A stretch of 64,000 nt of DNA, from IMG/VR virus record IMGVR_UViG_3300005330_000014, positions 144,234 to 208,233 of that record. The stretch is one strand, 5' to 3'. The first letter of the stretch is position 1. Each line of letters begins with the position of its first letter. Positions 28,622-36,492 of this stretch are shown here, one piece after another. The notes under the pieces were generated by a model, which was not told the origin of the DNA, ran no database searches, and was given only the letters and a program-made list of their open reading frames with translations. This stretch comes from a virus. Its lineage: Duplodnaviria > Caudoviricetes. The position numbers were made by a program, and so were the translations under genes.

Positions 28622-29094
28622 TTGAATATTATAATGGAGATATTTTCAATGCTCCAATTAACATACTAATCCATTCAGCTAATTGCTGGCACACAATGGG
28701 CGCTGGAATCGCAAAAGAAATAAAGTTAAAGTATCCGCGCGCCTATCAAAGTGATTGCATGACGCAAAAAGGGGATAGAAAGAAAATGGGTCAGTTTTCA
28801 TTAAGTGCCCCGGCGGACGATCAACCCTTTTATATTCTTAATTGTTATACTCAATACCGATATGGCCGCGATAAACAATATGTTGAATATGATAAGTTTC
28901 ATGAGTGTTTGGAAAATGTTAAAAATTGGGTAATTAAAATGAAAATTGAAAATCCAGTCATCGGCTGCCCTTATAAAATTTCCTGCCAAAATGCAGGGGG
29001 AGATTGGAATGGTAAAATATTACCAATTATTAAATATGTTTTTGACGATGAATCATTAATTAAATTTCTAATATGTCAGATCGAGAAAAAATAA
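28618..29094 (+). CDS. Macrodomain (ADP-ribose processing) protein
   Basis: GDIF, IHSANC..TMGAGIA, NCYTQ, PYKISC..AGGDW. Confidence 0.85.
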   Translation: MIEYYNGDIFNAPINILIHSANCWHTMGAGIAKEIKLKYPRAYQSDCMTQKGDRKKMGQFSLSAPADDQPFYILNCYTQYRYGRDKQYVEYDKFHECLENVKNWVIKMKIENPVIGCPYKISCQNAGGDWNGKILPIIKYVFDDESLIKFLICQIEKK

Positions 29095-29453
29095 CAATTT
29101 TAACTAAAAAAGACTGTGATATTTCCTATTTTATAGGTTCTGGTGCTGGCGGGCAAAATAGGCAAAAGAATCATACGGGAGTTCAAATTCAACATCGAGA
29201 ATCCGGGGCAACAGGAAGGTGTTCAGAAAGTCGTTCTAGAGAACAAAATAAAAAACAAGCTTTTCTTAATTTAACTAAAACGCCTAAATTCAAAGTTTGG
29301 TTGAATAAAAAGTTATATGAAATTCAACAAAATGAAACAATTGAAGAGACAGTAGAAAAACAAATGAAAGCCGAGAACTTAGTAGTTGAAATGAAAAAGG
29401 ACGGAAAATGGATTCCATATGAAGAAACAAAAACAAAAACCGAAAATATTTAA
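29073..29453 (+). CDS. Peptide-chain-release-factor-like GGQ protein (ArfB/PrfH-like)
   Basis: GSGAGGQNRQK..TGVQIQH...SRSREQNK..A. Confidence 0.85.
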   Translation: MSDREKITILTKKDCDISYFIGSGAGGQNRQKNHTGVQIQHRESGATGRCSESRSREQNKKQAFLNLTKTPKFKVWLNKKLYEIQQNETIEETVEKQMKAENLVVEMKKDGKWIPYEETKTKTENI

Positions 29454-29577
29454 ATCAAGAGAACAATTAAATCATTGGGTGCATATGGGAATGCCTGACT
29501 GCTATCCAGCGGCGATAGCTCCATTAATAGCTGAAGATATGTTAAAAGCCGGGGCGGTAATTATAAAGAAAAACTAA
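29419..29577 (+). CDS. Small hypothetical protein (52 aa)
   Basis: ATG 29419 to TAA 29577 fills the gap before 29581. Confidence 0.45.
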   Translation: MKKQKQKPKIFKSREQLNHWVHMGMPDCYPAAIAPLIAEDMLKAGAVIIKKN

Positions 29578-29580
29578 AAT

Positions 29581-30120
29581 ATGAACAATTTAAAAAACAC
29601 AGAATGTTACTTAGCGGGCAATTTAGAAAACACAGATGATGCCGTTTCTTGGCGCGAAAATGCAACGACTGTTCTTAAAGAATTAGGAATTGTTTCATTA
29701 AATCCCCGCATTCAATGTTTTACCAATCAGCTTAATGAGGATCAAGAGTCCGCCGATTTTTTAAAAGGTTTATTAGCTAAAGGTGAACATCACACGGTTA
29801 AAGATTTCATGCAGAAAATTATCCGCCGGGATTTACGGATGGTTGACCGCGCGGACTTTATTATAGTAAATCTAGAACCAAAATTACCTACTTACGGAAC
29901 AACCCATGAGATTGTAGTAGCTTCATTACAAAGAAAACCAATTTTACTTAGAATGGACGATAAATCTAAATTACCTTTATGGTATTGTGGATTATTAGAT
30001 ATGAGTTTAGTTTTTGAAAAATGGGATGATTTATATCATTATATAAGATATGTTAATGACTGCAACCCGCAAGAATTAGATGGAAAATATTGGAAAATAT
30101 GGAGTGACGAATACAAATAA
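29581..30120 (+). CDS. Nucleoside 2-deoxyribosyltransferase / NMP N-glycosidase-like
   Basis: YLAG, LNP, DLRMVDRADFII, YGTTHEI, KP. Confidence 0.75.
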   Translation: MNNLKNTECYLAGNLENTDDAVSWRENATTVLKELGIVSLNPRIQCFTNQLNEDQESADFLKGLLAKGEHHTVKDFMQKIIRRDLRMVDRADFIIVNLEPKLPTYGTTHEIVVASLQRKPILLRMDDKSKLPLWYCGLLDMSLVFEKWDDLYHYIRYVNDCNPQELDGKYWKIWSDEYK

Positions 30121-30135
30121 TTTAGATATTAGTAT

Positions 30136-30657
30136 ATGAATATGAGTGAACATAAGAAGGAGTTAGAAATTTTAAAACAATTTGATGGAGGGAATCAGGC
30201 CAACGACGAAGCTGGAACTGGAATTTGGCAAATCGGGCGGCAATTAGGAAAAACCGAAACGACTATGAAGTTTATTGAAGCTAAAATTAAATCTGAGGTA
30301 GATGAAATCAGAAAGTTTGAAGGTGGGGCAATAAGAGATTCTGAAAGAGGCAAAGAAGATTATATTGAAACGATTAGTTGGATTGCTTTTCGTCGCTATG
30401 CTCAATATATGACAAAATGTAAAGAACGTTATGGCTCGGGAAACTTCAAGAAACACATTCCCATCGACGCTTACGAAAGAAGTTTGGTCCGCCATCTTCA
30501 AAAGTATTTAGCTAATAAATATGAAGAACAAGACTTGGAAAAGGAATCTGATCATCTCTGTGGAATGCTGTTTAATATTTTTGGAATCCTTCATGAAGAA
30601 GAAACAGAGAGAATAAACAAATCTAAATTAAATCTGCCCGAAAACCTCAAAACTTGA
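30136..30657 (+). CDS. DUF5664 (dATP/dGTP diphosphohydrolase-like) protein
   Basis: FEGGAIRD..GK, RYG..NF.K, SLVRHL, DHL...FN. Confidence 0.7.
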   Translation: MNMSEHKKELEILKQFDGGNQANDEAGTGIWQIGRQLGKTETTMKFIEAKIKSEVDEIRKFEGGAIRDSERGKEDYIETISWIAFRRYAQYMTKCKERYGSGNFKKHIPIDAYERSLVRHLQKYLANKYEEQDLEKESDHLCGMLFNIFGILHEEETERINKSKLNLPENLKT

Positions 30658-30681
30658 CTTTCCCTACAAAGGTGCTAGGAT
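30654..30681 (+). promoter_or_regulatory. Sigma70-type promoter, leaderless geometry
   Basis: TTGACT-16 nt-TAGGAT with extended -10 TG; ATG at 30689. Confidence 0.7.
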
Positions 30682-30688
30682 TGGCGGC

Positions 30689-30985
30689 ATGAGTGACATT
30701 ATTAAGAAAGATCGCAAATTAGCAGAAGCAGCGCGAGCTATTTTTGGCAATATTGTAAAAAGTGCATTTGTTTCGACATACGATTCTAGAGACACGGATA
30801 GTAACAGTGAAATCGAAGCAGAATTTCAACAAGCCTCCAAAAGTATAGAGTATGGAGTTAAGAAATATATTGCTTATGGTGGATTAACAATTTATATTCT
30901 ATTTTCAAATGGAAATATGGTTAAATTTTCAAATTCAGAATGGGCAACTATATCCAAAGTAGAAAACAAATTAGAAACTTTATGA
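30689..30985 (+). CDS. Hypothetical protein
   Basis: 98 aa. Confidence 0.55.
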   Translation: MSDIIKKDRKLAEAARAIFGNIVKSAFVSTYDSRDTDSNSEIEAEFQQASKSIEYGVKKYIAYGGLTIYILFSNGNMVKFSNSEWATISKVENKLETL

Positions 30986-31242
30986 TTAATTTATCCAATC
31001 TTTCTTTCAAAGAAAAAATATATCTGGCCGAATTGGTCCGCGCGAGTCCTTTAGAAGTTGAAATAACCCCAGAAAGTCTCCACGCTTTAAAACCGGGCGT
31101 TTTGGAAGTTGCATTAAGTCTTGTGACCGTGCGGCTGGATAAAAGACAAACTCAGGTAATCAAGAAAATAATTGAAAAGATTCCCGTGCCCGACTTACAG
31201 GATGGAGAATTATTAGCCCCTAAAGAAAATAGATTAAATTAA
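30982..31242 (+). CDS. Hypothetical protein
   Basis: Start moved to ATG 30982 (ATGA overlap). Confidence 0.5.
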   Translation: MINLSNLSFKEKIYLAELVRASPLEVEITPESLHALKPGVLEVALSLVTVRLDKRQTQVIKKIIEKIPVPDLQDGELLAPKENRLN

Positions 31243-31246
31243 AGTA

Positions 31247-31687
31247 ATGAAAAAAGAAAAAATCGAAGACCGTAAGATTAAAATTAAGATAATTAAGACC
31301 GAAAGAGATAATCGTCATGGTTATTGTGATTGTTGTGATTCCGGTTCCGATCCTATTTTTACTAGTATAATGCAGTGGGATGAAGTAGATTTAAAGAAGT
31401 ACGGTGAATTATCTGAGGCAGTTAGATGCGCTAACAATAATCAAAAAGACCCATATCATTATTCTATTATTCAACAAGTTGATATAGATAACTGCGCGGA
31501 CATTTTCAAATCGGCGGATGAATATATTAAATATCAAAAGAATCTTCAAGAACAATATAAAAAGCGCGAAGCCGCCGATAAAATCAAGAGAGAAAAAACA
31601 AAGAAAGAACGAGAAGCAAGACAGCTAGAAAAACTAAAACAAAAACTAAAGCAATTAGAAGGAGAACAAAATGACAAAGTTACTTAA
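31247..31687 (+). CDS. Hypothetical protein with coiled-coil C-terminus
   Basis: CDCCD motif, charged tail. Confidence 0.55.
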   Translation: MKKEKIEDRKIKIKIIKTERDNRHGYCDCCDSGSDPIFTSIMQWDEVDLKKYGELSEAVRCANNNQKDPYHYSIIQQVDIDNCADIFKSADEYIKYQKNLQEQYKKREAADKIKREKTKKEREARQLEKLKQKLKQLEGEQNDKVT

Positions 31688-31976
31688 ACTTACATTAGCC
31701 GCCGCGTTTCTGGTGTTATCCACTGTTTCGCGCGCCCAAGATCGAGAAGTTGCTACTTATTCTGACGGCGTAATTACTGTTTATTCTAGTAGAACTGCGC
31801 TTAATGCCGTTGTTTTATATTCAGCTATTTATAAATCAATTACAATCCCCGGCCAAGAAACTCAATTCGGGATGAAAGTAATTAAAGATTGGGGAAATAT
31901 TGAGCCGTGGAGAAATGATTACTTTTACTATATTAGTGATAGGATGGGGCCGATTATTGAAAGGAAGTTTTACTAA
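31671..31976 (+). CDS. Hypothetical secreted protein
   Basis: Signal-peptide-like MTKLLKLTLAAAFLVLS. Confidence 0.55.
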   Translation: MTKLLKLTLAAAFLVLSTVSRAQDREVATYSDGVITVYSSRTALNAVVLYSAIYKSITIPGQETQFGMKVIKDWGNIEPWRNDYFYYISDRMGPIIERKFY

Positions 31977-31978
31977 AT

Positions 31979-32380
31979 ATGCGTGAATTAAAGTTCAGAG
32001 TTTGGCGATATTGTCACAGCGACAATAAGTTTAAGTTTTATTACTTAGATAATTTAAGGATAACCTGTAATTCTGGCGCGGGTATTGTTTTTGAATCTAA
32101 TGACTACGATTTAAGTTTCTTTGATAGTTCGCTAGTATCTTTGTCCAAAAATGAAGTAATCCAACAATTTACCGGGTTAACAGATAAAAACGGTCGGTAT
32201 ATTTACGAAGGAGATATTATTGAAAATCACAATGAAATTTTTGAAGTAATATTCAAAGACGGTAGCTTTCAAGGTAAAGAAATCAAAAGAAAAGTGTTAG
32301 CCGATCATTGGTTCATGGGAACTTTATTTTGGGATACTATTATTGGTAATACTCTAGAAAATCCTGAATTATTAAAATAA
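31979..32380 (+). CDS. YopX family protein
   Basis: LKFRVW...QQFTGLTDKNG..IYEGDII...IGNTLENPELL. Confidence 0.85.
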   Translation: MRELKFRVWRYCHSDNKFKFYYLDNLRITCNSGAGIVFESNDYDLSFFDSSLVSLSKNEVIQQFTGLTDKNGRYIYEGDIIENHNEIFEVIFKDGSFQGKEIKRKVLADHWFMGTLFWDTIIGNTLENPELLK

Positions 32381-32388
32381 TTAAAACC

Positions 32389-32397
32389 GTGTAAATA
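32389..32397 (+). promoter_or_regulatory. GTGTAAATA putative late promoter
   Basis: Intergenic; followed by hairpin TGCTAG-ACAAA-CTAGCA (32402-32418); ATG 32438. Confidence 0.5.
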
Positions 32398-32437
32398 TAG
32401 ATGCTAGACAAACTAGCAAAACTAGAAAGCACGGCCT

Positions 32438-33238
32438 ATGAAAAACAAAATAATTGGGTTAGTCATTTTACTCTGTTTAGGTTGTAACAGTCAGATAAAA
32501 GAGGCCGCGCGGCCACCCGATTTACTCAGTAAAACAGGATATAACTTAGTTTTTAATGATGAATTTAATGGGAATAAATTAGATGCCAATAAATGGAATA
32601 TCGAAGATGGTCCGCGAAATTCAGCTATAAACTGTCCGCAATCCATTATCGAATCCGGTGGCTCACTTAAAATTCATACTTTTATTAACAATAATAAGTA
32701 TTACACGGGAATAATTAATACTAGAAATAAGTTTATCTTTAATAAGGGATATTTAGAAGTCCGCGCGGCTTTCAATGATATCCCCGGCTCATGGTCAGAC
32801 GTTTGGTTATTTAATGACAATGTTTCAAAAGATGAAATAAATCCTGAAATTAATGGCGTGGAAATAGATGTTTTTGAACATCGTGCGTTTAATTATTATA
32901 ATAATCCAATATCAGATAGAGTTAATTTTGCAACTCATTATAATGGCTATGCCAAATTACATGAAGGAGAATACTTTTTAACGCCTCCACTTGATTTAAA
33001 TAAAGGTTTTCATATTTTCGGATTCTTGTGGGATGATAATGGCGGGACTTTTTATATAGACGGCAAACAAGCTGGGCATTTAAATATTCCTTACACAGTC
33101 GCTAAGAATTTCATAGTAATTGGGTCAGAATTAAGTAATCATCAATTTGAATGGACTTATTTTTTACCGAAAGAGTTAAATCAAAATGTTATGGAGATAG
33201 ATTATATAAGAGTATATCAGAAAATTTTAAAGAAATAA
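32438..33238 (+). CDS. Glycoside hydrolase family 16, predicted lipoprotein
   Basis: LVFNDEFNG..LD..KW, EIDVFE (ExDxxE), FHIFG..W, MEIDYIRVYQ; LCLGC lipobox-like. Confidence 0.9.
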   Translation: MKNKIIGLVILLCLGCNSQIKEAARPPDLLSKTGYNLVFNDEFNGNKLDANKWNIEDGPRNSAINCPQSIIESGGSLKIHTFINNNKYYTGIINTRNKFIFNKGYLEVRAAFNDIPGSWSDVWLFNDNVSKDEINPEINGVEIDVFEHRAFNYYNNPISDRVNFATHYNGYAKLHEGEYFLTPPLDLNKGFHIFGFLWDDNGGTFYIDGKQAGHLNIPYTVAKNFIVIGSELSNHQFEWTYFLPKELNQNVMEIDYIRVYQKILKK

Positions 33239-33239
33239 T

Positions 33240-33764
33240 ATGAGTGAATCAGAAAAACAAGAAAAGAAAGCTGAAAAGCTAGAAGAAGAAATAGAATTAG
33301 CATTAAAGAAATTAGATTTAGTCCAGCGACATAGAGCAAGAGTGATGGAAAATTGCGATATTATTGGCCGCAAATTGATACAAGAAGGCGAAATAGGATT
33401 AGGAATACGATTAATTGCTAATTCATATGTGCATGATGACCCCAAGCTAACTAGCCCCCTCCAATTTAAGTATCTCTTTCAAAATGAAGATAAGGATATG
33501 CTTAAATTAGCTATCGAAGAACATAATACAACTTGCGATCATCATTTATCTTTTTATACAGATATCAATTCAGTGCCAACCGTTAAAATTGCAGAAATAG
33601 TTGCAGACTTATCAGCACGTTCAGCAGAACAAGGAACCTGTCTAAAAGATTACTTAGATGAAATATATTATCCTAAATATAACATTAAAAAGAATAGTAA
33701 TCTTGACAAGAGTATCCGCCGATTTATGAGTTTACTTTTAGAAGAAAAGTTCAAAAAGCTATAA
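33240..33764 (+). CDS. HD-like (DUF5662-like) protein
   Basis: HDDPKL, H...CDHH, EIVAD..ARS. Confidence 0.55.
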   Translation: MSESEKQEKKAEKLEEEIELALKKLDLVQRHRARVMENCDIIGRKLIQEGEIGLGIRLIANSYVHDDPKLTSPLQFKYLFQNEDKDMLKLAIEEHNTTCDHHLSFYTDINSVPTVKIAEIVADLSARSAEQGTCLKDYLDEIYYPKYNIKKNSNLDKSIRRFMSLLLEEKFKKL

Positions 33765-33767
33765 ATT

Positions 33768-33971
33768 ATGAAACATTGCACAAGCTGTGGTAGTCCAATT
33801 CCTGACGGTCAAGGCAAGTCTTGCAGTATGTGTTACGGAGATATAGCCCACGGCACGGATGGATATTATGAAAATTGGGCGCGCGAACAAGAACGATTAC
33901 AGGCTCAAGAAAATTATATACGTTCTTTGGAAGATGAATCAAACTTAAAACAAGATAATTCTCAATTTTAA
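33768..33971 (+). CDS. Zinc-ribbon protein
   Basis: CTSC...CSMC. Confidence 0.6.
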   Translation: MKHCTSCGSPIPDGQGKSCSMCYGDIAHGTDGYYENWAREQERLQAQENYIRSLEDESNLKQDNSQF

Positions 33972-33985
33972 ATAGAAACAACATT

Positions 33986-34258
33986 ATGACAAAAGAAAAG
34001 GAATCGGGCGGCGGGACACCAGTACCAAAAACAAAACTACTAGTAACAGTATCATATGATCCTAATAAGATTGATTACAAGACTTACGTATTAGCTTCAA
34101 TTATCGAATACTATGGTTGCTGGTTAGAACACAAACGAACTAAAACCAAACATTCAATGATTGCGTTATTTGATAATATAAAGAATGGCGCGGAATACTT
34201 TGATATTTTTAAGCAATTTGTTGGGATGACGGTGATTAAAGAAGAAGTGGTTGAATAA
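33986..34258 (+). CDS. Hypothetical protein
   Basis: 90 aa. Confidence 0.55.
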   Translation: MTKEKESGGGTPVPKTKLLVTVSYDPNKIDYKTYVLASIIEYYGCWLEHKRTKTKHSMIALFDNIKNGAEYFDIFKQFVGMTVIKEEVVE

Positions 34259-34266
34259 CCTTAATA

Positions 34267-34455
34267 ATGACACTGAAATCTATCAATTACGACCACCAAG
34301 ATTTAATTAATTTAATTAAACAAAATACAGCGATAATTTGTGATATTGAGCCCGCGCGATTATTTGTCGAATTTCAAATACAAGGTAAAAGGGTTAATGT
34401 GAAAGTGATTAGGTTGGATAAAAAGGAAATAGAGATAAATGACTCACACGATTAA
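34267..34455 (+). CDS. Hypothetical protein
   Basis: 62 aa. Confidence 0.5.
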   Translation: MTLKSINYDHQDLINLIKQNTAIICDIEPARLFVEFQIQGKRVNVKVIRLDKKEIEINDSHD

Positions 34456-34621
34456 ACATAAAGAATCCGGGCGCAATTATGAATATCGACGATGTTTAGG
34501 CTGTGGAGAATGTTGGGATGCCACGCCTCAAACTACAAATCAATGTCAGGTTTGTAGAAGTAAACAATCTCTATATATGTCCGAATGGATTTCAGATAGG
34601 ATAATGAAAAATGACAAATGA
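34439..34621 (+). CDS. Zinc-finger protein
   Basis: CLGC...CQVC. Confidence 0.55.
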   Translation: MTHTIKHKESGRNYEYRRCLGCGECWDATPQTTNQCQVCRSKQSLYMSEWISDRIMKNDK

Positions 34622-35261
34622 TCTTGGGGCTAATTTGCTTCGTTACAATTATAAAGATAAAACGTTTAACACGTTCGACACGGAAACAGAAAGCCTCAAC
34701 TTAAGATTTTCCCGCCCGTGGAATATTGCTTGGATAGTTTCGCGCGGCGACCAAGTAATTGAAACCCAAGATAGATATTTATATTGGAAAGACTTTAATA
34801 TTTCCAAAGATGCCGCGCGAATAACTCAATTTAATTTACAAGAATACAAAGAGAAAGCGGAAGACCCTAAAAAAGTTTTCCAAGAGTTTGAACCTGTTTT
34901 GTATGATAAAAACATTACAAATATCATGCATAATGGATTCGGTCTTGACATTTTCCAAATTGATTCTTGGCGTCGTAATATTGGATTAAAATCAGATTAT
35001 TCATTTATTAATCATTGCCTTGATACACATTGTCTTGAAAAAGCAATTAGATTAGGATTAAATCCTCAATATCCTTTACTTGCTTGGCAGTATAAATTGA
35101 ACAGCGTAATTAAAAAAGGACTGAAAACTAATCTAACCCTTTTAGCTAAAGAATACGAATTAGGTGCGGACGAATCAAAGTTTCACGCTGGCCTTTTCGA
35201 CTCTGAAATCACTCGACAACTTTTGTTAAAACAAATGTGGAAGTTGGAATTAGTTATTTAA
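34611..35261 (+). CDS. DEDDh 3'-5' exonuclease (Pol III epsilon-like)
   Basis: FDTET, HNGFGLD, DT, HAGLFD. Confidence 0.8.
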   Translation: MTNDLGANLLRYNYKDKTFNTFDTETESLNLRFSRPWNIAWIVSRGDQVIETQDRYLYWKDFNISKDAARITQFNLQEYKEKAEDPKKVFQEFEPVLYDKNITNIMHNGFGLDIFQIDSWRRNIGLKSDYSFINHCLDTHCLEKAIRLGLNPQYPLLAWQYKLNSVIKKGLKTNLTLLAKEYELGADESKFHAGLFDSEITRQLLLKQMWKLELVI

Positions 35262-35291
35262 TTGGTTTAAACATGATTTAACATCGAAACT

Positions 35292-35319
35292 TTGACTTTC
35301 TCAGATTAAGTGCTAGACT
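35292..35319 (+). promoter_or_regulatory. Sigma70-type promoter
   Basis: TTGACT-16 nt-TAGACT with TG; same TTGACTTT...GTGCTAG frame as 30654. Confidence 0.7.
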
Positions 35320-35328
35320 CTTTGGGTA

Positions 35329-35337
35329 GTGTAAATT
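35329..35337 (+). promoter_or_regulatory. GTGTAAATT putative late promoter
   Basis: Upstream of RBS AAGGAGG and ATG 35360. Confidence 0.45.
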
Positions 35338-35359
35338 ACTCTAAATAAAGGAGGTTAGT

Positions 35360-35791
35360 ATGAAAATAAGAGAATTAGTAGTTTGTTTGTTTTGTTGTTT
35401 GGTGATTGGTTGCGCGGGCACTAATTCCCAGCAAGGAAACAAAAAAATGTTAGTTAGATTAACAACATACAGTAGGGATGAAAAGTTACCCAAAAAACAT
35501 CCTGATAAATGGAGTCGGCATGGAATATCGTCCACAGGAATCCCTTTAAAAAATATGCAAAGTGCGGCAGTAGACCCCAAAGATATTGCTTATTTTAGTA
35601 AAATTCAATTACCATGTTTCAATCATTTTGTTTTAGCTCAAGATACGGGATCATGGGTGAAAAGTAGGCGCGCGGCTTTGCGATTAGGTAGGAATTGTCC
35701 GGTTATTGATTTATTCTTTGATAGAGAAAGGGACGCGGCAGCTTTCCGTCGGCGCAACCCCTTATTTATGGAAGCGGTGATAATAAACTAA
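35360..35791 (+). CDS. 3D-domain (double-psi beta-barrel) cell-wall enzyme-like lipoprotein
   Basis: TTYS, AAVDP, AQDTG, IDLFF (three Asp); LVIGC lipobox-like. Confidence 0.8.
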   Translation: MKIRELVVCLFCCLVIGCAGTNSQQGNKKMLVRLTTYSRDEKLPKKHPDKWSRHGISSTGIPLKNMQSAAVDPKDIAYFSKIQLPCFNHFVLAQDTGSWVKSRRAALRLGRNCPVIDLFFDRERDAAAFRRRNPLFMEAVIIN

Positions 35792-35816
35792 ATTTAAGTT
35801 AAAAAAGGAGCAAGGA

Positions 35817-36113
35817 ATGCTAACTCGAATATATTGTGGTAAAAAATATAAAATCAGCGAAGAGTTCTTAACTGACCTGTATAGGAATGTTATTTTTACT
35901 CCCGAAATCCCAACAACGGGAAGTTCCCATTTTAAGAAAGATTTTTTAGGTTGTCGTTTATCCCCACCAATCCGTAATGCCTTTGGTGAAACAAGTCTTC
36001 TTTTTTTTACAAAATCGTATTTAAAAAAAGTTTTAGAGCCGATTTCTAAAAAAGATTATAAAAAATCTAAGAAACATAATCACCCATTAACTGATATGTT
36101 TTGTGTAAAATAA
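35817..36113 (+). CDS. Hypothetical protein with C-terminal HNHPLTDMF
   Basis: 98 aa; AGGAG RBS. Confidence 0.6.
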   Translation: MLTRIYCGKKYKISEEFLTDLYRNVIFTPEIPTTGSSHFKKDFLGCRLSPPIRNAFGETSLLFFTKSYLKKVLEPISKKDYKKSKKHNHPLTDMFCVK

Positions 36114-36117
36114 TCTA

Positions 36118-36447
36118 ATGGAAAAGCCAAATTTGAATCTGGAAGATATGCTGTTTTGCCTAGTTCCGTTATGTAGTCACTACAATCAGCCTTGGGAAGA
36201 CTATTTACCTGAACGTTATAAAAATTACTTATTTAAGATAGATAGAGTAATTGAACACCCTGTAGAGAAGGCAATTTTAGAATTATCGTCCATCCCTGAC
36301 CCGTCTTTAGAGGAAATAGATTTAGCAACTAATACGCGACCCAAATTGGTTATCTCGTATCAGCAACTATTCAAATATTTTGAAGCAGTTGATTTGCAAA
36401 TAATTAGACATAATCACCCCCTGACCAATATGTTTACTTTTAAATAG
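36118..36447 (+). CDS. Hypothetical protein with C-terminal HNHPLTNMF
   Basis: 109 aa. Confidence 0.6.
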   Translation: MEKPNLNLEDMLFCLVPLCSHYNQPWEDYLPERYKNYLFKIDRVIEHPVEKAILELSSIPDPSLEEIDLATNTRPKLVISYQQLFKYFEAVDLQIIRHNHPLTNMFTFK

Positions 36448-36474
36448 AAATATGGTAGGTTAGAGGTTGGATGG

Positions 36475-36483
36475 AATTATATA
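36475..36483 (+). promoter_or_regulatory. AATTATATA motif
   Basis: Intergenic, 10 nt before ATG 36493. Confidence 0.4.
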
Positions 36484-36492
36484 AGGTATGGA

